64,000 nucleotides of DNA from Rebecca billardiae RCC1528. Taxonomy: Eukaryota > Protista > Haptophyta. Under the pieces are notes generated by a model that saw only the letters and a program-made list of their open reading frames with translations, did no database searches and was not told the DNA's origin. The stretch lies in NCBI GenBank assembly GCA_965240325.2, contig OZ251224.1, positions 682,001-746,000 of the forward strand. The letters are read 5' to 3'. Shown piece by piece: positions 33,003-45,382 of this stretch (position 1 is its first letter; the number at the start of each line of letters is the position of its first letter). Position numbers and translations under genes: made by a program.

Positions 33003-34021
33003 CTTTGCTGGTTTCGTCGGACGTGTTCCCCAGTCAGGTTCACGCTATCAGCGCGGGAAAAATCTGGGAACAAGTGGAATGGAAGAGCGGTCGTTGATTA
33101 CGGTATTTGACGATGGTCCGGAACCGGAATTACTCTGATTCTACTATCCATTGCACGCATTGAACAATCGAACCGGTATTTTGGTCTTGGCTCTTTTATA
33201 CGGTACGGCCAGATGGTGGCGGGTACTTCGATGGTGGCTGGCCAGGTAGTGCGGCACGTCCGTGCCTCTGGACGGGCATTGAGCCGTGGCGAGGTCGCCA
33301 AATCGCGCGGCGTGGTCCCAGAGAAGGCTGCTACTACCCCTGACCAGCTTGCTAGCCATGCCGGTCGTTGATCACCCCGCCGTTGACAGGCGCGCACACG
33401 CCACGCGTAATCGCATGGCAGCGACGTGTCGGACGGCGGTCGCACGACTACCGCGTAGCCAACATTGATCGTCAGACTCACGACTTGTGGGGTCAGGCAG
33501 AACATTGATAGGTCTGCACCCTCGCCTGGCATGCCCCAGAGGTCAACACAGCCATCAGAAGGGTGATCCTGCCCACTACTTGCCCATCCTTCCCATGCCC
33601 GCAGTCTCGCGCGTGCCGGTCACACGATGACGTGGACGTGGACGTGAGAGTGGTCGAAAAGTCGGAAGGGAAGCTGTCACTCACGCACGCGCGCTCGTAC
33701 GGCGACGCCGACCGGCGAGTGCAACGCCCCCCTGTCCCGGACGTTGCACTCGCGCCTTGGATCGCGGTGGGACGGCCATTCACGCCCGCCATGGCTTCCC
33801 TTCCGAAGTCCCCAACTTCACCTGGACCCCCTGTAGGCAGATCAAGGTAGCTCTGGAGGTGCCTCCCCGGTCCGGGCCGGGAGCTCCTGACCAGCGAGCG
33901 GCCCATAATCCACATCCAAATGTTTCAAGATTGTTGGCGTAGTGCCCCGTGCGCGCCGTGTCTGGATGTCTGCTCGGACGATTGCTCGTCCGAGACCTAC
34001 TCTGAAAGCGCACGCCAGCAG

Positions 34022-36361
34022 TCACTCCCACGGCTGCGATGAGCCCTCTGGCAGCATCAGAGGCACGGGCGTGTAGCGCGGCTCCCAGTCGCCGAGGCCA
34101 AGCTGCCCGTGAGCGTTGGCGCCAAACATCAGCACGAGGTCTTCTGCACCGCTGCGGCGACCCTCTTCCTCCGCCCCCGCTGCAGCCTCGTCATCCGCGC
34201 GGTGCGGTCGCAGCACGGCGGAATGGTCCCAGCCCACCGCGACTGCCACCACGCGGGCGCAGCCGGCGCCCGGTTCGCCTGGGCAGGCGGGCCGGAGTGG
34301 TGCCCCGCGCGCTGCTTCGCCGCAGTCGACTGCAACGGGCGCGAGTGCAGGCTCCGCCGAGCCACCCCCGAGCTTTCCCTGCTCACCATCGCCGAACGCA
34401 AAGACGCGCCCGTCCGCGCTCGCGAGGAGGCTGTGGAACGTGCCCGCGGCGCACGCGCGCAGCAGCACACCTTCTGGCATGCCGAGCATACGCATCGTGC
34501 GCTGCTTCGTCGCGCCCGTGCTGGCGCCGGCCGACGCGCCGCCCGCGCCTCCGAGCCGCCCCGGGCAGCGGCCGGAGAAGCCGCACGCGAATGCCCGGCC
34601 GCGCGCGGTCACGCACACCGTGTGGTAGTTCCCCGCCGCGGCGGCGATCACGCGCTCGGTGTCCAGCGGCGCGGAGCACACGCACACCGGCCGCAGCTCG
34701 TCCGCTTCGCCGCCGTGGCCGAGCTGGCCGTTGCCGCCAAAGCCCCACGCGTACAGCCGGCCGTCGACGCCCACGGCGACCGAGTGCGAGTCGCTCGCGC
34801 TCACGGCGCGGCACCCGGCGAGAAGCGCGCTCGCGCCGCCCCGGTCGGCGGCGGGAAGGCCCCTGGCGTCCCCGAGCACGCGCCTCGGCTCCGAGCGGCG
34901 CAGCGACCGATCGCCGTGCCCCAGCTGGCCGAGGTCGCCGAGGCCCCAGCTGAACACGCCGCCGTCGTCTACGCAGAGGGCGAGGCTGTGATGCGAGGCG
35001 GCGAGCGCGCACACGTGCACGTGGCGCAGCGCGCTCACCACTGTTGGCGTGGCCACGCGCTGCGCCTCGTCGAGCGCGTCGTCTGCGCCGAGGCCGAGCT
35101 GGCCGTGCTGGTTGTCGCCCCACGCGAACGTGACGCCCCGATCGCTCGCACACAGCGAGTGCAAAGTGCCCGCGGCCACGGCCACGACGCGCACGCGCGA
35201 GAGCGCGGGCACGCAGCGCGGCCGCACGCCGTCCGCGAGCCCGCCGTCGCCCATCCCGAGCTGGCCGCGCCGGCCCGAGCCGAACGCGACCAGAGCGCCG
35301 TCCGCGCCGCGCGCGAGGAGCGTGTGCGCGCCCACGCCGCGCATGCAGTCCGACACGGCGCCGTCCGAGCCGCCACCCGCGGACAGGCGGCGCGCGTGCG
35401 CGGCCCACGGCTCGAAGCGCTCCGCCCAGCGCTCGCGCCAGAGCAGCTCCTGCACGCAGCCGCGCGTGCCCGGCGCGGGCGGACAGCCTGGGTTGCTCCG
35501 CGCGAGCCTCGGCGAGCGCGCGCGCAGCCGCAGCGCGTGCTCCACCGGCGAGGCGAGCGCGCGCGCCGCGCACAGCAGCCGAGCGACGTCAGCAGCGCTC
35601 GGCGCGCTGGCGACGATGCGCGCGAGCGCGTCGAGCGGGAGGCCGAGCAGGCGCAGCGGCTGTTGATCCGGCGCGTCGGTCGGCGCCTGCCCCGCAGGCT
35701 GCGCGCCGGCCTCGTGCCACCACGCCGCCGCGTTCGGCACCGCGAGCAGCGGCGCGACGACGCTCCACCAGCCCACGAGCAGCGCGCCCTCCGCACCGGG
35801 CGCACCGCCGAGCAGGAGGCGCAGGAGCTCCGGCGTGTTGCACGGGTGCAGGCCGACGCACGGCGAGCCGAGGACGGGGTGCTCCAGCTGGGACAGGTGG
35901 AATGGCGACTCGCGCACCAGCGCGCCGTCCTCGCTCACGTGGAGCCACACGTCTTCGAGGCCGAGCGGTGCGCCGTCCGCGTGCGTGCCGCGGATCAGCA
36001 GCGTGGGCACGGCGTACGTGCGGTGGAGGGCGATGTGGAGCTCGAGGCTGTGGCCGGGGGCCTGAGGCGGCGCGTAAGCGCGCGAATGCTCGTCCTCCGC
36101 CTCAGCCGGGAGCTCGTCCTCCGCCTCGAATGCGCACGACGAGTCGTCGGCGTGCGCGCGCGACGCGCACCGCGCACACGCCCCGCGCGCAGGCTCGCTG
36201 GGAAACGGCGCCGTGCGCAGGAAGCCCTCCCCGTGGCTACCAGCCGCGTCGGTGCCTGCGACCCACGACCATGCCAGCGGCGAGCGCGTCGAGCGCACCA
36301 CGAATGCGCGCGCCTCGCGCGCGAACGCCTCTGAGCCCAGGGCGGGCCAGCTGTCCGCCAT
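34022..36361 (-). CDS. ATG10: ATG10 E2-like domain fused to an F-box-like motif and RCC1 repeats
   Basis: aa ~8-210 match ATG10 (HIALHRTYAVPTL..DGAPL.LEDVW..SQLEHPVLG..LHPCNT..WWSVVAP). aa ~238-275 read LLGLPLDALARIV..DVARLLCAARAL. aa ~345-770 are RCC1 blades (HSL..AWGDNQHGQLG, SWGLGDLGQLGHG, AWGFGGNGQLGHG). Confidence 0.88.
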   Translation of the reverse strand: MADSWPALGSEAFAREARAFVVRSTRSPLAWSWVAGTDAAGSHGEGFLRTAPFPSEPARGACARCASRAHADDSSCAFEAEDELPAEAEDEHSRAYAPPQAPGHSLELHIALHRTYAVPTLLIRGTHADGAPLGLEDVWLHVSEDGALVRESPFHLSQLEHPVLGSPCVGLHPCNTPELLRLLLGGAPGAEGALLVGWWSVVAPLLAVPNAAAWWHEAGAQPAGQAPTDAPDQQPLRLLGLPLDALARIVASAPSAADVARLLCAARALASPVEHALRLRARSPRLARSNPGCPPAPGTRGCVQELLWRERWAERFEPWAAHARRLSAGGGSDGAVSDCMRGVGAHTLLARGADGALVAFGSGRRGQLGMGDGGLADGVRPRCVPALSRVRVVAVAAGTLHSLCASDRGVTFAWGDNQHGQLGLGADDALDEAQRVATPTVVSALRHVHVCALAASHHSLALCVDDGGVFSWGLGDLGQLGHGDRSLRRSEPRRVLGDARGLPAADRGGASALLAGCRAVSASDSHSVAVGVDGRLYAWGFGGNGQLGHGGEADELRPVCVCSAPLDTERVIAAAAGNYHTVCVTARGRAFACGFSGRCPGRLGGAGGASAGASTGATKQRTMRMLGMPEGVLLRACAAGTFHSLLASADGRVFAFGDGEQGKLGGGSAEPALAPVAVDCGEAARGAPLRPACPGEPGAGCARVVAVAVGWDHSAVLRPHRADDEAAAGAEEEGRRSGAEDLVLMFGANAHGQLGLGDWEPRYTPVPLMLPEGSSQPWE

Positions 36362-37199
36362 CGCTGGCCGGAACTACACCCCCGGGGGTGTAGCCAAGGA
36401 GGTGCCAGCAGCAGCGCCGGCGCTCAAGCACCACCCGTCGCGCCGCGTGGCGACCCCCCTGCGGTGGGGCGTGGCCCGCCGGCCAAACGGAGCCGCCCGG
36501 ATTCCGATACCCTGAAGCAGCCTCTCTGGCCTGGCGCCCCCTCTCCTGACCAGCCCAGACCCCCGACGCCTGCGGGGCCGGACGCCCCGCCCCTACGCAA
36601 GTCTGCCAGGCTGTGCCAGAGCCGCACGCGCGGCGCAGGCATGACTGCAGCTCCACACCAGCACAACGACGCTTCGCGCGCACCCGGCGCGCCGACACAG
36701 CCTGCCCGGGAGAAGCCAGCAGGGGCTGACCTTGGGCAGCAGCCATACATGCAGGCCAGCATGAGCGGTGGGGTGGCATCAGTGCCGGCCCCGGCCCGCA
36801 AACGCAAACAGCCGGACGCCCCGGCCCACACAGCTGATGCGCCAGCAAACCCTGCTCCGGGCCACAGAACCCTGCCGCCGGCTTTGAGGCCGACTCGCCA
36901 CACTGGGGCACATATCACCTGAGGGCCAGGCCTTCTGTGTGATAAGCTACCCCAGTCATGCCGCTTGATACACACCTTCCCCAACCGACAGTGGGGCTCC
37001 ACGTTCCTTACTACATCCTCATCCTGTCGGCGCGCTGTTGCATCGGCGCCCAGTCGGCGAGTTCGGACGACGACGTTTTGTGGACGACGGTGGGGCGAGG
37101 ACGACGGGCGCTGGCGCGCCGCGAGGCGGCCGCAGCCCTCATCCAGGCCTCGCAGGCGGACGGCTGAACGAATTTTTCCGGCGGCGCTACCATCGGCGA

Positions 37200-37280
37200 C
37201 GGCTTCATGGGCGGTGACAGTTGGCGGGCGTCAATCTCGCCTGCCTGAGCTGTGTGCGTCTCTTATTCTTAGTAAACTGT
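37200..37280 (+). repeat. Repeat family C copy with uninterrupted site
   Basis: CGGCTTCATGGGCGGTGACAGTTGGCGGGCGTCAATCTCGCCTGCCTGAGCTGTGTGCGTCTCTTATTCTTAGTAAACTGT. Its 3' part is shared with 13230-13258 and 13620-13628. Confidence 0.8.
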
Positions 37281-37998
37281 ACAGTACCGTGAGCTTTCCA
37301 CCGAAGAAAGCTTTTACAGGTGGATACGGGCTAACTGGACACAGGGGCTATCTGGACACTCAGCGGGCGGCGGGCCTCGTGGCGAGGGCTCGTGGGCGAA
37401 CGAGCACGAGCGCCCACTGGCGGGTCGCCACGACGGCGCACGATGTTCGCTGAACTCACCTGGTCGTGAGACGTCGTCTGCGCACGCGCCAGGTCGCGCT
37501 TCTCGCCGCCTTCGCCTTGTTTCGTGAGTCCCGCGCACAAGGGCGAACGCCAGCGTTTCAAGCCGCAAGGCGCGTGCGCGGACTCAGGAAGGGCGGACTC
37601 CGAGGCAAGGCGCGGTTGCGCTGGCGTGGGTAGGTCCAAGAGCAACCGTCCGAGCCGCTGCACACGCTTTTCCTCCGCGCGCGCGTCTCTGAGCTCGATT
37701 CCCATGCCTCAGCCAGTGCCAGGGGCTAATTGGACAGTGCCATTGCGGCCGCCACGCGCGGAGACGGGCCCGCAGCGCAGAAAGCGCGCTGCGGCGGAAC
37801 TCCGGGAACCCCCTGAAGTCCGTCCCTGGCGCCCCTTCGACCCCAATGCTCCCAGGGAGGCCTCCGCGTGAGTTGGGTCGGCCACTGTCCAGATCACCCG
37901 TATCCACCTGTAATGTTTTCATGCAAGGACATCGCCTGCCGGCTGCCGTTGCCCTTTGAAGCTTCGGCCCCGTGGCACCTCCATCGTCATCCGCCGCG

Positions 37999-39447
37999 AT
38001 GATGGGCGTCGTCGCGACGGTGCGCGTCGCGATGGCGTGCAGCCTCTTGTTCACAGCCGCAGCCGGTGCGCGGCCGAGCATTGCACTGCCGCGTGCTTCT
38101 TCTCGCGTGACGACGCCGCGGGCGCGGCCCATGCTCAGCAGCGCGGCAGCAGCGGCAGGCGACCAGCCTCGCCCCGTGCGGCTGCCGTACCGGTCGCTCG
38201 GCGCCCTGTGGGCGGTGTACGTCACAAACCAGTGGTCGCGGGCGCTGCTGGCGCACACTGTGAGCTTCCCCGGCGACGGCCAGGCGGACCCTAACTCCTT
38301 CATCAACGCCGCCCTCGGCTTCGACGAGGAAGCCTACGCGGGCCTGCTCGCCGCGGTGACGACCACCTATGTACTCGCGTCCCTCCCTGCGGGCTTCGTG
38401 GCGGACAAGACGAGCCGACGCGTCAAGGTGCTCGCCGGCGTATGCGTCGCGTGGGGCATCGCCATGCTCATGCACGCGCTCGCGCCCTCTCTCGCCGTCC
38501 TCACCGGCGCGCGGCTGCTGCTCGGCTTGGCGGCTGCGTGCTGCTCGCCGCTGTGCAACTCGCTGATCGCGGACAGCTGCCCCCCGCAGCGGCGGGGCGA
38601 GGCGTTCAGCGTGTACGTGAGCGGGGTGTACGTCGGCGCGGCGCTGGCGACGCTCTCCGGCTCCAGCGCCGCCCTCCTCGCCCCCCTCGGCCTCCCGCTG
38701 CGCCTCGGCTGGCGCGCGAGTTACGTGGGCGCGGGGTGCGCCTCTCTGCTCGCGGCCGCGCTCGCGCTCACGCTGGTGAGAGAGCCGCCGCGAGAGCTCG
38801 ACCTGCGCGCGCGCGCGCGCGCGGCCCCGCTTGGGCTGCGCGGCGCGCTGCTCCCGATTCGCCGCGTGCTCGCCAGCCGCACCGCCGCGCTCTGCCTCGC
38901 CGCGTTCTCGGTGCGCTTTGTCGCCGGCTTCTCGATCCAGTCGTGGATGCCCGCGCTGTGCAAGGCGCGCTTCCCGGGCATGGAGGGCGCGTTCGCGTCC
39001 GTGTACGCGGTGACGGTGCTGTCGGGCGGGCTGCTCGGCTCGTTGTCGGGCGGGCTCCTCTCGGACGTGGTCTCGCGCCGATCGAGCAGGCCCAACGCCA
39101 AAGTCCTCGTCCCGATGATCGGCTCTGCGATCGCGGCGCCGCTGTTCGCGCTGGCGATCGCGCAGCACACGCTCGGCGGCATGATGGCGGCCTTCTTCGT
39201 CCACCTTGTCTTCGCGGAGTGCTGGTTCGGGCCGACGATTGCGACGCTGCTCGGCTCGCTGCCGAGCGACCTGCGCGGGACCGCACAGGGGATGGCCAAC
39301 TTCGCGCAATTCTTCGCCGGCCTTGCTCAGGCGGCGATCGCGCCGCTCGCGCGCACATACGGCATCGCCGCGGTCGTCTCAGCGGTTGTGCCGCTCGCCT
39401 GCCTGGGGAGCACGCTGCTCTTCCTCGCCGTGTACCTGACGGTGTAG
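37999..39447 (+). CDS. MFS transporter (Spinster-like) with signal+transit-like leader
   Basis: Motif A variant AGFVADKTSRRVK; RLLLGLA..SPL..SLIAD..PPQRRG; GWR; GGLLSD; about 12 TM segments. Leader MMGVVATVRVAMACSLLFTAAAG followed by an R/S/P-rich stretch. Confidence 0.88.
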   Translation: MMGVVATVRVAMACSLLFTAAAGARPSIALPRASSRVTTPRARPMLSSAAAAAGDQPRPVRLPYRSLGALWAVYVTNQWSRALLAHTVSFPGDGQADPNSFINAALGFDEEAYAGLLAAVTTTYVLASLPAGFVADKTSRRVKVLAGVCVAWGIAMLMHALAPSLAVLTGARLLLGLAAACCSPLCNSLIADSCPPQRRGEAFSVYVSGVYVGAALATLSGSSAALLAPLGLPLRLGWRASYVGAGCASLLAAALALTLVREPPRELDLRARARAAPLGLRGALLPIRRVLASRTAALCLAAFSVRFVAGFSIQSWMPALCKARFPGMEGAFASVYAVTVLSGGLLGSLSGGLLSDVVSRRSSRPNAKVLVPMIGSAIAAPLFALAIAQHTLGGMMAAFFVHLVFAECWFGPTIATLLGSLPSDLRGTAQGMANFAQFFAGLAQAAIAPLARTYGIAAVVSAVVPLACLGSTLLFLAVYLTV

Positions 39448-39734
39448 TGACCAGCTGGCGCGTGCGTTGGCGCGGAACATGCTTAACGCCGCCTGCTGCT
39501 CATGACGACGACGATGCGGCGGACGACCGATATCAGCCGTTCATGAATTCGACGATTTAAATAATTCGAATATTTTGAATATATATATATATATATATAT
39601 AATAATCTGAACTCACGAATAGCGTCTATATCCTCCGATTCATCCGCCGAATAATTTCGATGCGGCGCGCCTCCGACCTCGGCGCATCGCTGCTGATCGA
39701 CCATCACGTGACGACAGTAGCTATCTTCATTGGA

Positions 39735-41643
39735 TCACTCGATGGTCCTGCCGTCCTCGCTGATACCAAGCCTGCGCATGTCCTCGAGATCCTTCTCGCG
39801 CCACTGCCGCTCTGTCTCCGAGCTCACCTGTGCGCGGCGCAGCGAACGGCACGCGCAGTGCGCGGGGCGCAGCGAGACTGAGAGCGTGGCAGCGCACGCT
39901 GCCAGTGAGTGCCGCTTGGCAGCATCGATGGAGCGAAGCGCAGGGCAACCGGCGACGGCCGCCGCCCTTCCTCACCTCGACGTACTCCACGTCATCCTCC
40001 TTGCGAGGCGGCGCTTGTGGAGTGAGCTTGCCGTGCTCGCGCGCGTGCTTTGTGGAGAAGTGCGCAATGTGCTGCCGCGCCTCCGCCTCCGCCTTGTCGC
40101 GCTCCATCTTGGGCTTGGTCTGCGCGCGCCAGGCCCCGCGCGGCGCGATGCACCCGCGCGCTCCTCAGCCCGCGCAGCGTGGCGGCACGCGCGCACCGTG
40201 CGCGGTGCAGTGCGCGCGCACACGCATGGAGGCATGGGGACATGCATGGGGGCGCACCTGGTTGTAAGCCGTCTTGCCCCCTCCCCGCACGAGGAAGGTC
40301 TTCTGCTTGGCGGCGCGCCGCCGTCGCTCCTCCTCCTCGGCACGGCGCGCCTCCTCGGCTGCTCGTCGGGCCTCGTCCTCCGCGCGGATCCGCTCAGCCT
40401 CGGCCGCTTCCTCCGCACGGCGCCGAGCCTCCTCCTCTGCGAGCCGCCTCGCCTCCTCCTCCGCTGCCCTGCGCGCCGCCTCCTCCTCCGCCGCCCTGCG
40501 CGCCGCCTCCTCCTCCGCCGCCCTGCGCGCCGCCTCCTCCTCCGCCGCCCTGCGCGCCGCCTCCTCCTCCGCCGCCCTGCGCGCCGCCTCCTCCTCCGCC
40601 GCCCTGCGCGCCGCCTCCTCCTCCGCCGCCCTGCGCGCCGCCTCCTCCTCCGCTTGACGGCGCGCCTCCTCCTCCTCCGCGCGCCGGCGGGCCTCCTCCT
40701 CTGCCGCCCGGCGCGCCGCCTCCGCCTCCTCTGCAAGTCTGCGCGCCTCCTCCTCTGCCGCCCTGCGTGCCGCCTCCTCCTCCGCACGCCGCCGCGCCTC
40801 CTCCTCCGCGGCTCGGCGAGCGGCTTCCGCCTCCTCGGCGAGCCTACGCGCCTCCTCCTCGGCGCGTCGCCTCGCCTCCTCCTCCGCGCGCTGCCTCTCC
40901 AGCTCCTCCGCACGCTTCCGGGCCTCCTCCTCCGCCGCCGCCCTGCGTGCTGCCTCCTCCTCCGCGCGCTTGCGCGCCTCCTCCTCCTCCGCCGCCCTGC
41001 GTGCTGCCTCCTCCTCCGCGCGCCGCCGCGCCTCCTCCTCCTCCGCTTGACGGCGCGCCTCCTCCTCCTCCGCTTGACGGCGCGCCTCTTCACGCAGACG
41101 GCGCGCCTCGTCCTCCGCTGCCTTCCTCTGCCGCTCCGCCTCCTCCTCCTCGCGGCGAATCCGCTCCTGGTCGATGCAGTAGGCGCACTTCTCAGCGTGC
41201 TTGGAGTAGATCTCCGAGGCGAGCGCGTTGAACGTGTCGAACACATCCTCACCATCGCCGGTTTTTGGGTGCGGCAGCTCGGGCGCGTCTGGCAGCGGCA
41301 CGCGCTTCTTGGGCGGCAGCTTGTCGAGGCCCCACGCGTGCTTCTTGACGCACGTCTTCTGGTGGATTGCGAGCGATGCGGTCCCGTACTGCCGGTTGCA
41401 CATGAAGCACGTGATCTGGAGCGGCGTGTGCCCGAACGAGCGCGGCGACTTCTGAGGTCCGTCTTGCTGGGGCGCGCGGAGCGAGCTCGGCGAGGTGCGA
41501 GGACCGCCCCCTTGAGCAGGTGCGCGGAGCGAGCTTGGCGATGTCCGCGGGCCACTACCTTGGCTCGGTGCCCGCAGCGCACTCGGCGACGCGCTTGGTG
41601 ATCGGGCCTGGTTGCCCCCGCTGCGCGGTGGGCGCAACTCCAT
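39735..41643 (-). CDS. C2HC-type zinc finger protein (ZNF474/475-like finger) with an E/R-rich single-alpha-helix region; exons 41643-40258, 40119-39976, 39827-39735
   Basis: TCFMCNRQYGTASLAIHQKTCVKK..LPPKKRVPLP followed by (EEEAARRAA)n. Two GT-AG introns give an open frame to TGA at 39737-39735. Confidence 0.75.
40440..41090. repeat. Coding 27-bp tandem repeat (EEEAARRAA) and variants
   Basis: CTCCTCCTCCGCCGCCCTGCGCGCCGC repeated perfectly about 6 times at ~40480-40650, degenerate on either side. Confidence 0.9.
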
Positions 41644-41751
41644 CGTACACTCGCCGGGGCGCCAACTCCGCTGCACGCCGAGCCGTGGCGGCTTCTCGAG
41701 GTTCGGCGTCCGAGACGACTCGGCGCGCGCGCTGATCGCACTCGGCTCGTG

Positions 41752-42879
41752 ATGTCGAGCGAGCGGCCGTCGCCGCTCGCACGCAAGCTGCCGCGCTTTG
41801 CGCTGGTCAACTTGATCGTGTGCACCGTCGCGGCGGCCTCTCACGGCATTGGCACCCTCGCGGGCGACGGCTTTGCGAGCCTTTGGCTCAGCTCGTGCAT
41901 CAGATGCGCGCTCAGCGTGGGCGTGATCACATGGCTCACGCGGCGCGCGGCGCCGATCGGCCCGCGTCGTGATGGCCCGACACGCGCCGAAGCCCGCATC
42001 ATCTGGCTGAAGGTGGCGCTCCTGTCCGCCCCTTCAGACGCGCTCGCGCTCACGCTGGCGGCCCGCCTGGCGTTGGGCGGCGGCCGGTCAGCGACTCCCG
42101 CTCTCCTCATGCGCCCGGCGGTGTTCGTGCTGCAGTCGTTCGTCTGGGAGCTGGTGTTCGACTTTTTCCACTACTGGGTCCATCGCGCCTGCCACAGCTC
42201 GCCGCTGGCCTACCGGCTGGTGCACAAGGCGCACCACCGGTACGCGGCGCCATCGCCGCTCACGACGTTTGCGCACGCGCCGCTCGACGTGCTCGCGTCC
42301 AACCTCGTGCCGGCGCTGCTCGCGTTCTGCACGCTCGCGCTGATGGGCGCGCCCATCGTCGGCGTGTCCGAGCGCCAGCTCCTCTTCGCCTACAAGTCCT
42401 ACGTCGAGGTCGCCGGTCACGCGGGCGTGGACGCGCGGCCGCGCTCGTTCCCGCAGTTCACGTGGCTGCCTTCCGCCATCCCGGCGCGCGGCGTGACGGG
42501 CAGGGGCGGGATCACGGCGCACACGCGGGAGCACGACTGGCATCACGCGGTGCTCCGGTGCAACTTCTCTAAGCGCTTCCGCGTGTGGGACATCCTGTTT
42601 GGCACGTACGAGGAGCCGCCACCGCTGGCAGCGGCATGCGAGCCGGCGGCGCCGTGCGACAGCGGCGTGCGCCCACTCAAGGCTGCTGGGGCGGCGGCTG
42701 GGCCTGAGCCGCGGCCGTCCTCGGCGGCTGGCGGCGCGCGCATGGCGGCCGACGGGCCGGCTAGCGCGACTGAGAGAGAGGTCGCGCTCGCAAAGGCGGC
42801 GCCTCGCTCGCGGCTCCACGCACCATCGGCCGGCCGAGCACTCCGGCACCGCGTGTGCGAAGTGAATGGTTTTGGTTGA
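41752..42879 (+). CDS. Fatty acid hydroxylase / sterol desaturase superfamily protein
   Basis: His boxes FDFFHYWVHRACH, VHKAHH, GHAG and HDWHH, then NFSKRFRVWDILFGT. Confidence 0.88.
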   Translation: MSSERPSPLARKLPRFALVNLIVCTVAAASHGIGTLAGDGFASLWLSSCIRCALSVGVITWLTRRAAPIGPRRDGPTRAEARIIWLKVALLSAPSDALALTLAARLALGGGRSATPALLMRPAVFVLQSFVWELVFDFFHYWVHRACHSSPLAYRLVHKAHHRYAAPSPLTTFAHAPLDVLASNLVPALLAFCTLALMGAPIVGVSERQLLFAYKSYVEVAGHAGVDARPRSFPQFTWLPSAIPARGVTGRGGITAHTREHDWHHAVLRCNFSKRFRVWDILFGTYEEPPPLAAACEPAAPCDSGVRPLKAAGAAAGPEPRPSSAAGGARMAADGPASATEREVALAKAAPRSRLHAPSAGRALRHRVCEVNGFG

Positions 42880-43450
42880 GGCGCCGCGGGGCCGCATGGG
42901 CAGCAGCGCTGCAGCGCGCGGCAATCTTCTTATGGATGGCTTCGGTGCGCAAGGCGCGCGGGCAGGGACGATGCCCGATCAGGAGCCGACCCGCGGGATG
43001 GCACCCAGGCCCAGGCCTGGCCGGGCTGGCCTGGCATGAGCTCGCGTCGCACGACTCGGCGAATCGTGCGGATGATGAGTGGACTGAGACGATCGGCCCG
43101 AATCCGATGCCGATCGGTCATCGCCCCGTGCAGCATCGCGGCATCATATCCCGACCTCGGGCGAGGGTACTGTAACGCCGGTTGCACATGATCGCCACGC
43201 AGTGATGATTGATGGGGCCAGGCTGATACTGTCGTGCCTCTCGACTCAGTCTCGAGCAGTGGCCTCGGAACTGTCACGGGTGACAAGCGAAAGACGAGGC
43301 GGCGCGTGCGGCGAGACGCCGTGCGGGCGTGCCCGGTCCGGGGTTGCAGCCGCTTGAAGCTGAGTTGCTGGGGAGTGGGGTGGCACGCGCTCCAGGCCGC
43401 CATCGTGGACGTGGATCCAAAGCACGAGCTTGGTGTGTGCCCAGGGCTGA

Positions 43451-45382
<1,932 letters not shown>

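Noticed and set aside
36464-37170. Pro/Ala-rich ORFs upstream of the ATG10 fusion
   Set aside because: Short and domain-less, first ORF starts at GTG, no support.
40440-41090. Tandem 27-bp units (also the 18-bp units at ~62690-63110) as a possible CRISPR array
   Set aside because: No unique spacers, units are in-frame coding repeats, no cas genes, and the context is eukaryotic.
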